64,000 nt of DNA from Candidatus Sericytochromatia bacterium (GTDB lineage Bacteria; Cyanobacteriota; Sericytochromatia; S15B-MN24; VGJW01): the NCBI GenBank assembly GCA_035285865.1, contig JAYKHS010000004.1:32001-96000 (forward strand). Direction: 5' to 3'. Below the pieces are notes generated by a model. The model saw nothing but the letters and a program-made list of their open reading frames with translations, was not told the origin of the DNA and searched no databases. Position 1 is the stretch's first letter; every line of letters begins with the position of its first letter. Made by a program: the position numbers and the translations under genes. Below, piece by piece: positions 37,959 through 47,292 of this stretch.

Positions 37959-39963
37959 CAGGTTGAATCTCCGGGGTGATGTAGATCTGGACTTCAGACT
38001 TCCGCTTGTTGCGGGTCTTGGTGCCGGTGCCAAAAACGAAGTCCCAAGCGCCGCGCACGAGTGGCTTGGTGCGGGTGACCTCAAGGATGTTTGTCACCAA
38101 CGGGAAGTCGAACGGCAAGCCATCTTGCGAGACGTTGTTGTCAGATTCCTGAATCAAGCCGGCGATAACAATGGTTTCGCCATCCTTGACCCGAATCTCC
38201 TCGGATTGATAGGTCCGCTGGGTGGTCAGTGTGATGACCTGCTGGGCCACATTCAGGGTCTCGCCAGGGAACGAAATCGTAGGTTTGACAAACAAGGAAA
38301 CGGAATTGTCCAGCAGGATTCGGGGAGTGATTTCCAGTTCGATGCCAACCTGAGCGGTCTGAACGGTCTGGGTTACCTGAGCGGATTGGCCGAGACCCGT
38401 CGTGGTGGTCGTGATGCCTGCCAGAATCTGCTGGGTGCTGGAAAGCTTGGAAGTTCTGTTATCCATCGCAAGGATCGTGGGGCTGGCAAGCAACTTGGCT
38501 TTCGATTCTTCTTCGAGACGCCGAAATGTAACGTCAAGGTTGAAGAGGTTCGGTACTTTGGAGGTGGACACTTGGGTTTCACCGAAGGGTGAGGTCCCTG
38601 TTTCGATTGCCTTGAAAAGATTCGTTGTCACAGGCATGTAGGGTAGCTGCAGGTTGTTGAGGAGCCCTGAGAGCTCTTTTCGGCCGTTTTCGTTGAGTTC
38701 CACGATCTGCGTACGCAGGAGGACCTGTCTGCGCCGCTTGTCGATGCGGGGCAGGATCTGCTCCACGAGGTTGAGTTCCTCGCGGCTGCCGATGACCAGC
38801 AGGTTGTTGTCCCGGACGAGCGGTACGAAGCGTGGTGTTGCCTCCGTGACGCCCGGATTGATCTGCGTGGGTTTCGACCCCTTGCCGAAGTCCAAGTCCT
38901 GAACGGTGAACGGGACGCCGCCAGCGCCACCCGCACCGCCGCCAGCGCCCCCGGCGGCGCCTGCCGCAGCGGCCCCGGCGGCTGCTCCACCGCCCGACAC
39001 CACCGTGTCCTGGACGACGCCGGCACCCACGAAGTAACTGTTCTTCAGCAGGTTGATGGCTTCCATCGGCGTCAGGTACGTCAGCCGGAAGATCTTGCTG
39101 GGCATCAGGACGTCCATGCGCTTGACCAGACGCTCGACGATCTCGATGTCCTCGTTCGTGCCGTGGACGATGATGCTGTTGGTGCGGGAGTCGGCAATCA
39201 GCTTGTAGGCCGGCGAGAATGAGGAAGCACCCGCCGCGCCACCCGCCGTGTTGCTTGCCCCCGAGATGCCGCTGTTGCCCACGATGGTGGTGATCTTGGT
39301 GATCATCGTGCTTGCCGGGGCGAAGTGCACGGGCATGAAGCGGATCTGGGCCTGCCCGTAGCGACCGCTGCGGTAGATGATGTACGTGCTGCCCGTCTTC
39401 TGCATCGTGAGGGCGTTGGTGGCCAGCAACGTCTCCATGATCTGGTTGAGCGGGATGTTCTGGAAGTCGACGGCTACTGTTCCCGTGACCGACGGATCGA
39501 TGATCAGGTTGAGGTTCTTCATCTCGGCAATCGTGCCAATGACTTCCTGAACAGGCAGGCCCCGGGCTCTCAGGAACAGGCGCTCGCTGCCACCGGGCAG
39601 GCTGACGCGAGTCGCGAGCGTGATGTTGTCATCGGCCTTGCCCGCAGGCATCTCGATGGTCTCGACGCCGCTCGGAGCCGGCGTCGCCTGGACGAGGAAG
39701 GACGTGGGGCGGCCGGGTGACTTCGGCGCGGCAGGCTTCAGGATGGGGACCGCGACCACGGGTGCTTTCGCCGGCTTGCTTGGAACAACCGGCGCCTTGA
39801 CGACTTTGGCAGCCTTCGCTGGCCTGCTGGTGGCCGGCTTGCGGGCCTTGTGCTTCGGCGCCGCTGAAGCGATATCGGCCAGCGGGCCGATGGCCACGCC
39901 GATCGCCAGGGCGAGGAGGAACGAGTCCTTGTAAGGGCGGCGCAACATGCAGAAGCCTTCCAT
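37951..39963 (-). CDS. pilQ: Secretin (PilQ/GspD family)
   Basis: N0/N3 domains (ADSRTNSIIVHG), RQVLLRTQIVE, AKLLASP, VGIELEITPRI, GETIVIAGLI, EVQIYITP. Confidence 0.9.
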   Translation of the reverse strand: MEGFCMLRRPYKDSFLLALAIGVAIGPLADIASAAPKHKARKPATSRPAKAAKVVKAPVVPSKPAKAPVVAVPILKPAAPKSPGRPTSFLVQATPAPSGVETIEMPAGKADDNITLATRVSLPGGSERLFLRARGLPVQEVIGTIAEMKNLNLIIDPSVTGTVAVDFQNIPLNQIMETLLATNALTMQKTGSTYIIYRSGRYGQAQIRFMPVHFAPASTMITKITTIVGNSGISGASNTAGGAAGASSFSPAYKLIADSRTNSIIVHGTNEDIEIVERLVKRMDVLMPSKIFRLTYLTPMEAINLLKNSYFVGAGVVQDTVVSGGGAAAGAAAAGAAGGAGGGAGGAGGVPFTVQDLDFGKGSKPTQINPGVTEATPRFVPLVRDNNLLVIGSREELNLVEQILPRIDKRRRQVLLRTQIVELNENGRKELSGLLNNLQLPYMPVTTNLFKAIETGTSPFGETQVSTSKVPNLFNLDVTFRRLEEESKAKLLASPTILAMDNRTSKLSSTQQILAGITTTTTGLGQSAQVTQTVQTAQVGIELEITPRILLDNSVSLFVKPTISFPGETLNVAQQVITLTTQRTYQSEEIRVKDGETIVIAGLIQESDNNVSQDGLPFDFPLVTNILEVTRTKPLVRGAWDFVFGTGTKTRNKRKSEVQIYITPEIQPDV

Positions 39964-40032
39964 AGGGTCACGGATGACTTCATCCGTGGCGACAGGCGCC
40001 TATACCCTGTCCGGCAGGTTGTCTAACGCCTG

Positions 40033-40821
40033 CTAGAGTCCGCCGCCGCCGCCACCGCTGCCGCCGACGCGGCCGGTGAAGCCCCCTCCGCTCGTCGATC
40101 CACCCCCACCCGTGCCGCCGCCACCCGTGGTCCCGCCACCGCCGGTGGTCGTGCCACCACCGCCAACGGCCACCGCGGACGTGGTGTCCGCGGCCACACT
40201 GCCATCGGCCAGGTAAACCGGCGGTCCCGACGGGAACAGGAAGCGTCGGCCCTGATTGTCGCAATAGGCCACGGCATAGGTGTCGAAATGCTTGTAGGCC
40301 TTGGTCGCGTTGTCGAAAACCATGATCTCGGTGCGGCCCGCATCCACGTGAAAGTAATAGAGGAGGCCGCTGTCCCCATGGTTGGTGCTGGCGGCGACGA
40401 ACCGAGGGGTCGATTGCAGGAAGAAGACATTCCTGAACGAGAAGCCATTCGTGGCCAGCTGCGGCCAGCACTGGGAGTTGGGCGGGTTCTGCGCGCCGCG
40501 GTCGGGCCCGCAATCGGAGGGGCCGCCCCATGGGCTGTTGGCATGGTCTTCGCGGCGATTGGCCAGCAGCAGTTCCATGAAGGTTTCGCGTGTCGGCGGA
40601 GTGCTCTGTTGCGTCACGACGCGCTCCACCAGGGTTCGGGCAGCCTGCACGCGGGCCTGTGCGACGGAGAACCCGGCGGATTCACGCAGTTGGCGAAACA
40701 TGACGGCGCCTGCCCCCAGCACGATGGCCCCGATGATGATGACCAGCATCGTCTCGGCGAGTGTGAACCCCGCAAGGCGTACGGATGGGCGGGGATTCTG
40801 GCGTCGGCTGCTGCTGCTCAT
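40033..40821 (-). CDS. Type IV pilin-like protein with Gly/Thr-rich tail
   Basis: AG/FTLAETMLVIIIG; SPWGG motif; ATGA overlap with upstream pilin. Confidence 0.75.
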   Translation of the reverse strand: MSSSSRRQNPRPSVRLAGFTLAETMLVIIIGAIVLGAGAVMFRQLRESAGFSVAQARVQAARTLVERVVTQQSTPPTRETFMELLLANRREDHANSPWGGPSDCGPDRGAQNPPNSQCWPQLATNGFSFRNVFFLQSTPRFVAASTNHGDSGLLYYFHVDAGRTEIMVFDNATKAYKHFDTYAVAYCDNQGRRFLFPSGPPVYLADGSVAADTTSAVAVGGGGTTTGGGGTTGGGGTGGGGSTSGGGFTGRVGGSGGGGGGL

Positions 40822-41375
40822 TGGCTGGTGGTCCGCATGAAGTACCAACGGCGATAGTGCTTGCTGATGGCCACGGAGTAGTTTCGGCAAACGACGCCCG
40901 AACTTCCCTGCGAAAGGTCGGCGAGGGTTCGGACCACCGTAGCTTGGCCGGGCAGAGCCAGACGGATGTAGTAGCAATAGTCGGTGCCGCGCGGCGAACC
41001 GTTGACGACGGGTTCTCGGGTGATGGCCGCGGAGGTCTGCGGCTCGGGGATGCTCCCGGGATCGCTGTCATAGACGAAGAGCCCCTTCACGATGGAGTCC
41101 GAATTGTCGACGATGGCGCCGCCCCAAGGTGAGAGTTCAGCGTCCTGGCGGCGTGCGCCCCAGGCTGACTGTGCATCCGACGCATCCGGGTAATATCCCC
41201 GCGTCGCGTAGGACGACTCGACCATGGCCTGGAGATCGCCGACCTTGGCAGCGGCACGGGAGTCGCCGGCCGCCTCCTTGGCCGAGTTGTAGGCGAAGGC
41301 CGTCGCTGCGGCCAGAATCAGACCGAGGCTGATCGCCAGCCCGACCTCCAGCAGGGTCATGCCCCTGTGCGCCAT
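40818..41375 (-). CDS. Type IV pilin-like protein
   Basis: RG/MTLLEVGLAISLG; SPWGG motif. Confidence 0.75.
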   Translation of the reverse strand: MAHRGMTLLEVGLAISLGLILAAATAFAYNSAKEAAGDSRAAAKVGDLQAMVESSYATRGYYPDASDAQSAWGARRQDAELSPWGGAIVDNSDSIVKGLFVYDSDPGSIPEPQTSAAITREPVVNGSPRGTDYCYYIRLALPGQATVVRTLADLSQGSSGVVCRNYSVAISKHYRRWYFMRTTSQ

Positions 41376-41506
41376 GGTGCGTCTCACGATTCCCTTGTAC
41401 CCGGAACACGGCGTTGTGACGATCCGTAGGCTGCGGGGTAACAATTAGGGGAACTCAGCGCCCCTCTCGTCGACGCAGGGCGTGCGTCCCCGTCTCCGCA
41501 GGCCGT

Positions 41507-43102
41507 ATGGCCGAGGAACCGATGCCCAAGCTTTACGAGTACACGGCCCACGCCGGCAACGCGATCCGCAAGGATACGATCGAGGCCGAGAACGAGAAGG
41601 AAGTCCGCGCCAAGCTGCGCGAGATGGGTCTTTTCCCGCTTGAAGTTAGGGTCGCGCCCAAGAAGAAGGTCGACCTAAAGAAACTCCTCACGACCAAAAA
41701 GGGGGAAGGTGGCGAGGACGGTGAGGGCGAGGGTGCCGCGAAGAAGCAGGACACCAAGCCCGAGAAGATCCGGATCCAGAAGAAGAAGACCTTCGTCTAC
41801 ACGGCCACCCCTTTCATGGGCGGGGCTGCAACCACCGGCGAAATAGTTGCGGTTGATGAGCGGCAGGCGCGGCAACTGCTGCGGGACCGCAGCATGTTCC
41901 CGACCAAACTTGCGGTCAAGCAGTTCTGGCACGACTACATGCCCGGCAGCGCACAGGCCAAGTCTGCGGATGAAATCCGCAAGCAGCGAATGGCGGCCCA
42001 GTCGCCCTTCGAGAAGCTCATGGAGCGGCTGCTCCCCGGTTTCATGAGCAGCAAGAAGGTGCCGACCAAGGACATCGTATTCTACACCTCCCAGATGGCG
42101 ACGATGATGGATGCGGGTCTTTCCATCGCGCAGACCCTCGAGATTCTGGGCGGCAGCGTGACGGACAGGCGCCTGCTCATCATCAACCAGACTGTTCTCG
42201 GCAAGATCTTTGAGGGTATTTCGCTGACGGAGGCCTTTTCTGAGCACAAGGAGTTCCTGCCGGACGTCTTCTGCGAACTTATCCAGATCGGGGAGCAGTC
42301 CGGCAACATCGAAGAGACGACCAAACGTTTGGCCGAATATCTGGAGAAGACGGCCGAGACCCAGCAGAAGGTCAAGTCGGCCATGACCTACCCCACGGTC
42401 ATGTTGGTCCTGATTTCGCTGATCGTTCTGGGGTTGATGCTCTTCGTTGTTCCGACGTTCATCAAGCTCTTCGACGACTTCAAGCTCGACCTGCCCGGAA
42501 CCACCAAGTTCCTGATCGCCTCCAGCAAGTACGTGCAGAACTACTGGTGGACCTTGCCCCTCTATGCCGGTTCGGCCTGGTGGAGCGTCAACTGGTTCAG
42601 GCAGACCAACCTGGGCCTGATTCTCAAGGATCGCTTCGAATACAGGGTGCCCATCCTCGGCAATCTCAACTACAAGGTCGTCATCGGTCGTCTGCTCTAC
42701 AACATGGCGCTCTTCATGCGCTGCGGCGTGCCCCTGACGACGACACTCGAGAGCCTCCGGGATTCGACGCGCAATGCCATCACGGCATCCAAGATCGAGG
42801 ACATCCGCCAAGGCATCATCCAGGGCGCGCGTTTGTCCACGCTGTTCGAGGCCTCGGCCTTGTTTCCACCCTTCGTCAACCATCTGCTGGTCGCAGGTGA
42901 AGAATCCGGTGCACTCGACGACCTGATGATGAAAGGCGCCAAGTACGTGGACTCGGAGATCGAGGCTGCCATCAAGAGCATGATGGGCGCCATCGAACCG
43001 GCCATGACGGTCGTCATCGCGGGTGTGGTCATCTTCATCCTGGGCAGTCTGTACATGCCGCTGATCGGCCTGATGTCCAACACGAACAAGGCGGCGCAAT
43101 GA
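41507..43102 (+). CDS. pilC: Type IV pilus platform protein PilC/GspF
   Basis: QMATMMDAGL, GEQSGN, KVKSAMTYP, GEESGALD, IEP..LYMP. Confidence 0.92.
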   Translation: MAEEPMPKLYEYTAHAGNAIRKDTIEAENEKEVRAKLREMGLFPLEVRVAPKKKVDLKKLLTTKKGEGGEDGEGEGAAKKQDTKPEKIRIQKKKTFVYTATPFMGGAATTGEIVAVDERQARQLLRDRSMFPTKLAVKQFWHDYMPGSAQAKSADEIRKQRMAAQSPFEKLMERLLPGFMSSKKVPTKDIVFYTSQMATMMDAGLSIAQTLEILGGSVTDRRLLIINQTVLGKIFEGISLTEAFSEHKEFLPDVFCELIQIGEQSGNIEETTKRLAEYLEKTAETQQKVKSAMTYPTVMLVLISLIVLGLMLFVVPTFIKLFDDFKLDLPGTTKFLIASSKYVQNYWWTLPLYAGSAWWSVNWFRQTNLGLILKDRFEYRVPILGNLNYKVVIGRLLYNMALFMRCGVPLTTTLESLRDSTRNAITASKIEDIRQGIIQGARLSTLFEASALFPPFVNHLLVAGEESGALDDLMMKGAKYVDSEIEAAIKSMMGAIEPAMTVVIAGVVIFILGSLYMPLIGLMSNTNKAAQ

Positions 43103-43890
43103 TCCGGCATCGCATCGCGCGCCAGAGGGGCCTTTCCCTTCTCGAGGTCACCCTTGCTGCCGTCGTCGGCCTCATTCTCTTGGCCGGTAGCGTGGCGGGT
43201 GTCCGCCAATATCAGGCTCAGGCACGGATTTCGACCTGCAAGATGCAACTTGCAGCGCTCAGGCAGTCCATCGGCTTCTACAAGTTCAGAACCGGTTTCT
43301 GGCCCCAGCTCTATCCGGGGGGAAATGCGTCCGACAATGACCCTGGTTATGTCTCGTGGAGTGCAACCGCGACCGCTCCGACTTCGGGGCAGTCCACGCT
43401 GATCATCGCGCAGCTGCCGCCCTCTGGCGTGATTCCCGCCGGCACGCACATCGTCGTGACGGACGACGCCGGGGCGATGTGGGCGCGGACCACGGCGACC
43501 GCCAACTCGACCACCTTGGCCATAACGCCGCCTTGGGCGCGCAGCGGTTCGGGGGCCGCTACGGTCCAGTTGGCCGGGCTGTTCGCCAATCGGGACGACA
43601 GCGGCAATCCTTTCCTGGACGTGGCGGAGCCCCCTGGTGATGTGCGATGGGGGCGTGGGCTCGGTGATCGCTGGACGGGCGTTGCCCTCGTGCGTGCGTG
43701 GGCGGATGTTTCGGCGCAGTGGCGCGTCCAGACGGGCTTCGCCTATGACGGGGGGGGGCTCACCTCGTGGGGCGGCTTGGCCTATGACCAGAGGAATGGT
43801 GAAATCCACTATTACCTGCCGTCGACCGGGGATGACAGGGCCGAGATCGGCAATTTCAGCGGGGATCCTCCCTTCCTCTGGGGTCGTTGA
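43099..43890 (+). CDS. Type IV pilin-like protein
   Basis: RG/LSLLEVTLAAVVG; ATGA overlap with pilC. Confidence 0.75.
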   Translation: MIRHRIARQRGLSLLEVTLAAVVGLILLAGSVAGVRQYQAQARISTCKMQLAALRQSIGFYKFRTGFWPQLYPGGNASDNDPGYVSWSATATAPTSGQSTLIIAQLPPSGVIPAGTHIVVTDDAGAMWARTTATANSTTLAITPPWARSGSGAATVQLAGLFANRDDSGNPFLDVAEPPGDVRWGRGLGDRWTGVALVRAWADVSAQWRVQTGFAYDGGGLTSWGGLAYDQRNGEIHYYLPSTGDDRAEIGNFSGDPPFLWGR

Positions 43891-43893
43891 CAC

Positions 43894-45435
43894 GTGGCCA
43901 AGAAACGTAACTTCGTCGGACTCTACGTCAACCAGCGGCGCATAGAGGCAGCGTATTTCGAGAACGAGGATGACCCTCAGCCCGAAATCACGGTCCAGGC
44001 CAGCATCGAGGTGCCGGAGGGCATCATTACGGATGAGGGCGAAGTCGCCGAAATCGACCAGCTTTCCGACCTCCTGAAGGAGCTGTGGGAAGAGGCCAAC
44101 CTCAAGGTCTGGAGCGCGGTTGTCGTCTTCCACTCGACCAAGGCCATCGTCCGTCAGCTTCGCCTGCCGCACATGGCGGCTTCGGCCCTCCAGCAGACCG
44201 TGCTTTCCGAGGCCGAACAGTTCGCTCTCTTCCGCAAGGAAGACCCGTTGGTGGACTTCTTCGTTTCCGATCAGGAGAGCGACTTCGTCAGCGTGACCTT
44301 CGGCGCCGTGTCTTCCGAGGTCGTGAAGGGCTACAACGAGGCTTGCACGGCGGCAGGCATCAAGCTGCTTTCGTGTGACCTGCCGCAATTGGCCGGGCAG
44401 CGCGGGATCGCCTACTGGTATCCGCCTGAGCTGGACTATTGGACGGGCCTGATGCTGATGCCCGGCAAGCTCTTCGTGACCTACTGGAAGGAAGCCAATC
44501 TCCAGAACATCCGTGAGGTCGCTTTGCCCGAGCGCGAACAGATGACGCTCGACGTCATCGCGCAGGCCCACGTACCGGATGCCGTCAGGCCCATTTCGAA
44601 CGATCCTGAGTTCTTCGAGGATCCGCACCTGATCCTCGGTTGCGACACGCGGGAGGAAGCTCAGGAACTCGGTCATCACATCGCGATGTCTTTCGGCTTT
44701 CTGTCGAAGATTGCGGCGCATGACGATGAAAACGCTCCGTTGCGTGCCCCGCGCGACAGTGATGGCGAGGGCGAGGGCGAGGGGGATGAAGAGTCCTCGG
44801 GGCCGATGATCGGCCAGCCCATCTCGGTTTCCTACCTCGCCGTGGGCGCGGGTTTGTGGAGCAACAAGGGTGCCGTCGCCTCCTTCAACCTGACCAAATA
44901 TGCCAGTCGCAAGGCTCTTGCCGGCCCGCTCAACATCCAGAGCCTCCAGCGTCTGGCCAAGAACCTCCCCATCGTTCCGATCGCGGGCCTTGTCGTCGGC
45001 TTCGTGCTCTCGGCCCTTATCCTGACGGCGTGGGTGGCGATCCGCGGGTCCACGCTGACGAAGCTGGAGACACAGATAGCCGACCTGCAGAAGGTGGTGG
45101 ACAATCAAGCCCAGCAGTCCGCGAACCTGAAGCCCGAGGAGGCCATCGTTAAGGCCTGGATCCCGAACGAGGAATCCAAGCAGTTTGCTGTCGGCTTCGT
45201 GGGACGCCTGCGTGAGCTCACGCCGGAAGACCTCTGGTACACCGAGATGGAGTATCAAAGGGGCAGATTTCTCAGCTTGAAGGGCGGTGCGATGAAGAAC
45301 GCGTCGTGCCTGTATCTGGTCAAAGAACTTCAGACCCTCAAGCAGGTCTCCACCGTAAACCAGAACAAGCTGCTCAAGACCGGCACGCACTACCAGTTCG
45401 ATCTGGTTGCCAAACTGGCCCGCCAGAACCCCTAA
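43894..45435 (+). CDS. PilM-PilN fusion (GspL-like architecture)
   Basis: Actin-like PilM region (VGLY, VPEGII.EGEV, AIVRQLRLP, EAEQF, AVGAGL), then LNI, TM helix, coiled coil and PilN-like TPEDLWYTEM..LSLKG. Confidence 0.75.
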   Translation: MAKKRNFVGLYVNQRRIEAAYFENEDDPQPEITVQASIEVPEGIITDEGEVAEIDQLSDLLKELWEEANLKVWSAVVVFHSTKAIVRQLRLPHMAASALQQTVLSEAEQFALFRKEDPLVDFFVSDQESDFVSVTFGAVSSEVVKGYNEACTAAGIKLLSCDLPQLAGQRGIAYWYPPELDYWTGLMLMPGKLFVTYWKEANLQNIREVALPEREQMTLDVIAQAHVPDAVRPISNDPEFFEDPHLILGCDTREEAQELGHHIAMSFGFLSKIAAHDDENAPLRAPRDSDGEGEGEGDEESSGPMIGQPISVSYLAVGAGLWSNKGAVASFNLTKYASRKALAGPLNIQSLQRLAKNLPIVPIAGLVVGFVLSALILTAWVAIRGSTLTKLETQIADLQKVVDNQAQQSANLKPEEAIVKAWIPNEESKQFAVGFVGRLRELTPEDLWYTEMEYQRGRFLSLKGGAMKNASCLYLVKELQTLKQVSTVNQNKLLKTGTHYQFDLVAKLARQNP

Positions 45436-45444
45436 GGTCGCCCG

Positions 45445-47244
45445 ATGAATCCGCTCACACGCAACATCCTCATCGTCGGGGTCATCCTGATCGTGGCCAT
45501 GCTGGGCGCCGGAATCGTCACGTGGGTGATGCCGGTGGAGTCCAAGATCTCCGATCTGAAGCGGCAGATCGACACCAAGATCGTCGAGCGGCGCGAGGCC
45601 TTGAAGGCCATGCAGTTGATCGAGGCTTCGAGCAGTGCCCTCAAGAGCCGGATGGCAGAAATGGGCGAGTTCGATCTGCGCAAGGAGGACCAACCCGCCA
45701 ACGCGCTCGACGGCAGGGCCAATGCAGCGCTCATCAAGCTCTCGTCAATCCTGGAGGAGGCCTCTCTGTCCGTCCTCGCCATCACGCCAGTCCCCAAGTC
45801 CATGGATGACATCGCGCTCTCGACCGGATCGCCCCCCGTGGCCAGCGTGGTCAGCACCAACTATACGGTCCATGTCCAAGGCAACTACACCTACATGCTG
45901 GAGGCCCTTTCCAAGTTCGACACCCTGCCGCCCACGCTCGAGGTCGAGGGCTACCGCCTGAAGTACATTGAGAAGGATGGACTCGCGGCACGCTGCGACC
46001 TCGAATTGGACCTTGCCTTCAAATTCTTGACTCCGCCGTCGACGGGTTCGGTCAATCCGAATGCCGACACGGGCTTCGACGAGCTGTTCCGAGATATTCG
46101 CGAGAAGGGCAACCAGCAGCAGGGCCTGTTGCCAGAAGGTGGTCTCGGGCTGGTTCTGGATTGGTTGATGCCGCCGGCACTTGCTGCCGAGCATTCGGGT
46201 CTGGCGCGGACCGCAGCTCGGGGACGCAAGGCGGTCCGGGCTCGACCGGGCCCTTCATCGCGGGCGTCCGACCATCTGAGACCGGTGCGGGTGACGCAGG
46301 TCAGGGAGCGTCTCGTCCCGGTTCAGGCCGGTCCTGTGGTCGCATTGGCGCCCATTCTCGCGCGTGCATCCGTTCGCGCCGGATGGGGCCTGCCTCTGGG
46401 TGCCCTTCCGGGGGCAGCCAGTTCGACCGACAGCGCAACTGGCAGCGTCCCCGCGTCGGGCAGTGCGGTTCCGGGGGCGGGAGGCAAGACCCTGCCTGGT
46501 GCCCGTGGCAAGGCTCTGCCTGGCGGTCTTGCGGCGGCACCCTCTGGAAGTCGCAAGAAGGATGGCCTTGTCATCGGCAAGGCCGAGCCCTTCTGGCCCA
46601 TCATCGAGGCTTCCGACGACATCGATCTCATCAACGTGCCGTCGGCTTCCGCTCCCATGGGCTTCGTGACGCGACCTGCCGCCCCCATACTGCCACCCAG
46701 TCTCAGGGTGAACGGCCAGATTTTCGCAACGCCCACGCCCTCGCCAACGCCCCTCTTGGTCGTAGCCACCCCGAGGCCCCTGCCGACCATCCGCCCCGTC
46801 AACACGATCGTCGTGCGCGGAATCGTGATGGTGGGCAGCCAGTCTCGCGCGATTGTGGTCATGGACGGCATCACACGGCGCGTGATGGAAGGCGATTATG
46901 TCGCCGCAGGTCTTCGCGTGAAGGCCATCGATCGGTCCGGTGTGGTCTTCGATGGTCCCGGCGGGGCGGTTCGCCGGGAGCTGAGCCGCACGTGGAATCC
47001 GACGGCCGGCGGAGGCGAGACGCAGGGAGGCATCCAGGGGGCTGCCAGCCGTGGCGGTTCGCCAGTCGGGCTTCCCGGGTCGATGCCCGGGGGGGGGGGC
47101 GGTGCCTTGCCAGCGGGTGTCAACTTGCCGCAGGGCGGTCAGCTTCCCGCGATGCCGCTCGGACTGCCCAATCCTGCCCAGCTTCCCCCGGGAACCGTCA
47201 GCCAGCCTCCGCCGCTGCCGGCCCAGCAGAATTCGGGCAGTTGA
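45445..47244 (+). CDS. PilO-like protein fused to a C-terminal PilP/GspC-like domain
   Basis: N-terminal TM + coiled coil + VQGNY (PilO); low-complexity linker; EPF and VRGIV..SRAIV..VMEGD..VKAID (PilP-like). Confidence 0.65.
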   Translation: MNPLTRNILIVGVILIVAMLGAGIVTWVMPVESKISDLKRQIDTKIVERREALKAMQLIEASSSALKSRMAEMGEFDLRKEDQPANALDGRANAALIKLSSILEEASLSVLAITPVPKSMDDIALSTGSPPVASVVSTNYTVHVQGNYTYMLEALSKFDTLPPTLEVEGYRLKYIEKDGLAARCDLELDLAFKFLTPPSTGSVNPNADTGFDELFRDIREKGNQQQGLLPEGGLGLVLDWLMPPALAAEHSGLARTAARGRKAVRARPGPSSRASDHLRPVRVTQVRERLVPVQAGPVVALAPILARASVRAGWGLPLGALPGAASSTDSATGSVPASGSAVPGAGGKTLPGARGKALPGGLAAAPSGSRKKDGLVIGKAEPFWPIIEASDDIDLINVPSASAPMGFVTRPAAPILPPSLRVNGQIFATPTPSPTPLLVVATPRPLPTIRPVNTIVVRGIVMVGSQSRAIVVMDGITRRVMEGDYVAAGLRVKAIDRSGVVFDGPGGAVRRELSRTWNPTAGGGETQGGIQGAASRGGSPVGLPGSMPGGGGGALPAGVNLPQGGQLPAMPLGLPNPAQLPPGTVSQPPPLPAQQNSGS

Positions 47245-47292
47245 GCATGAAGCCGTTGTCTCGGGGCTGATCCGGGGAACATAGGATCAGGC

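Noticed and set aside
40033..40170. ccgcc-rich repeat DNA
   Set aside because: Explained by the Gly/Thr-rich coding tail of a pilin
42697..45693. 998-aa minus-strand ORF
   Set aside because: Antisense to pilC, a pilin and pilMN, which carry clear motifs
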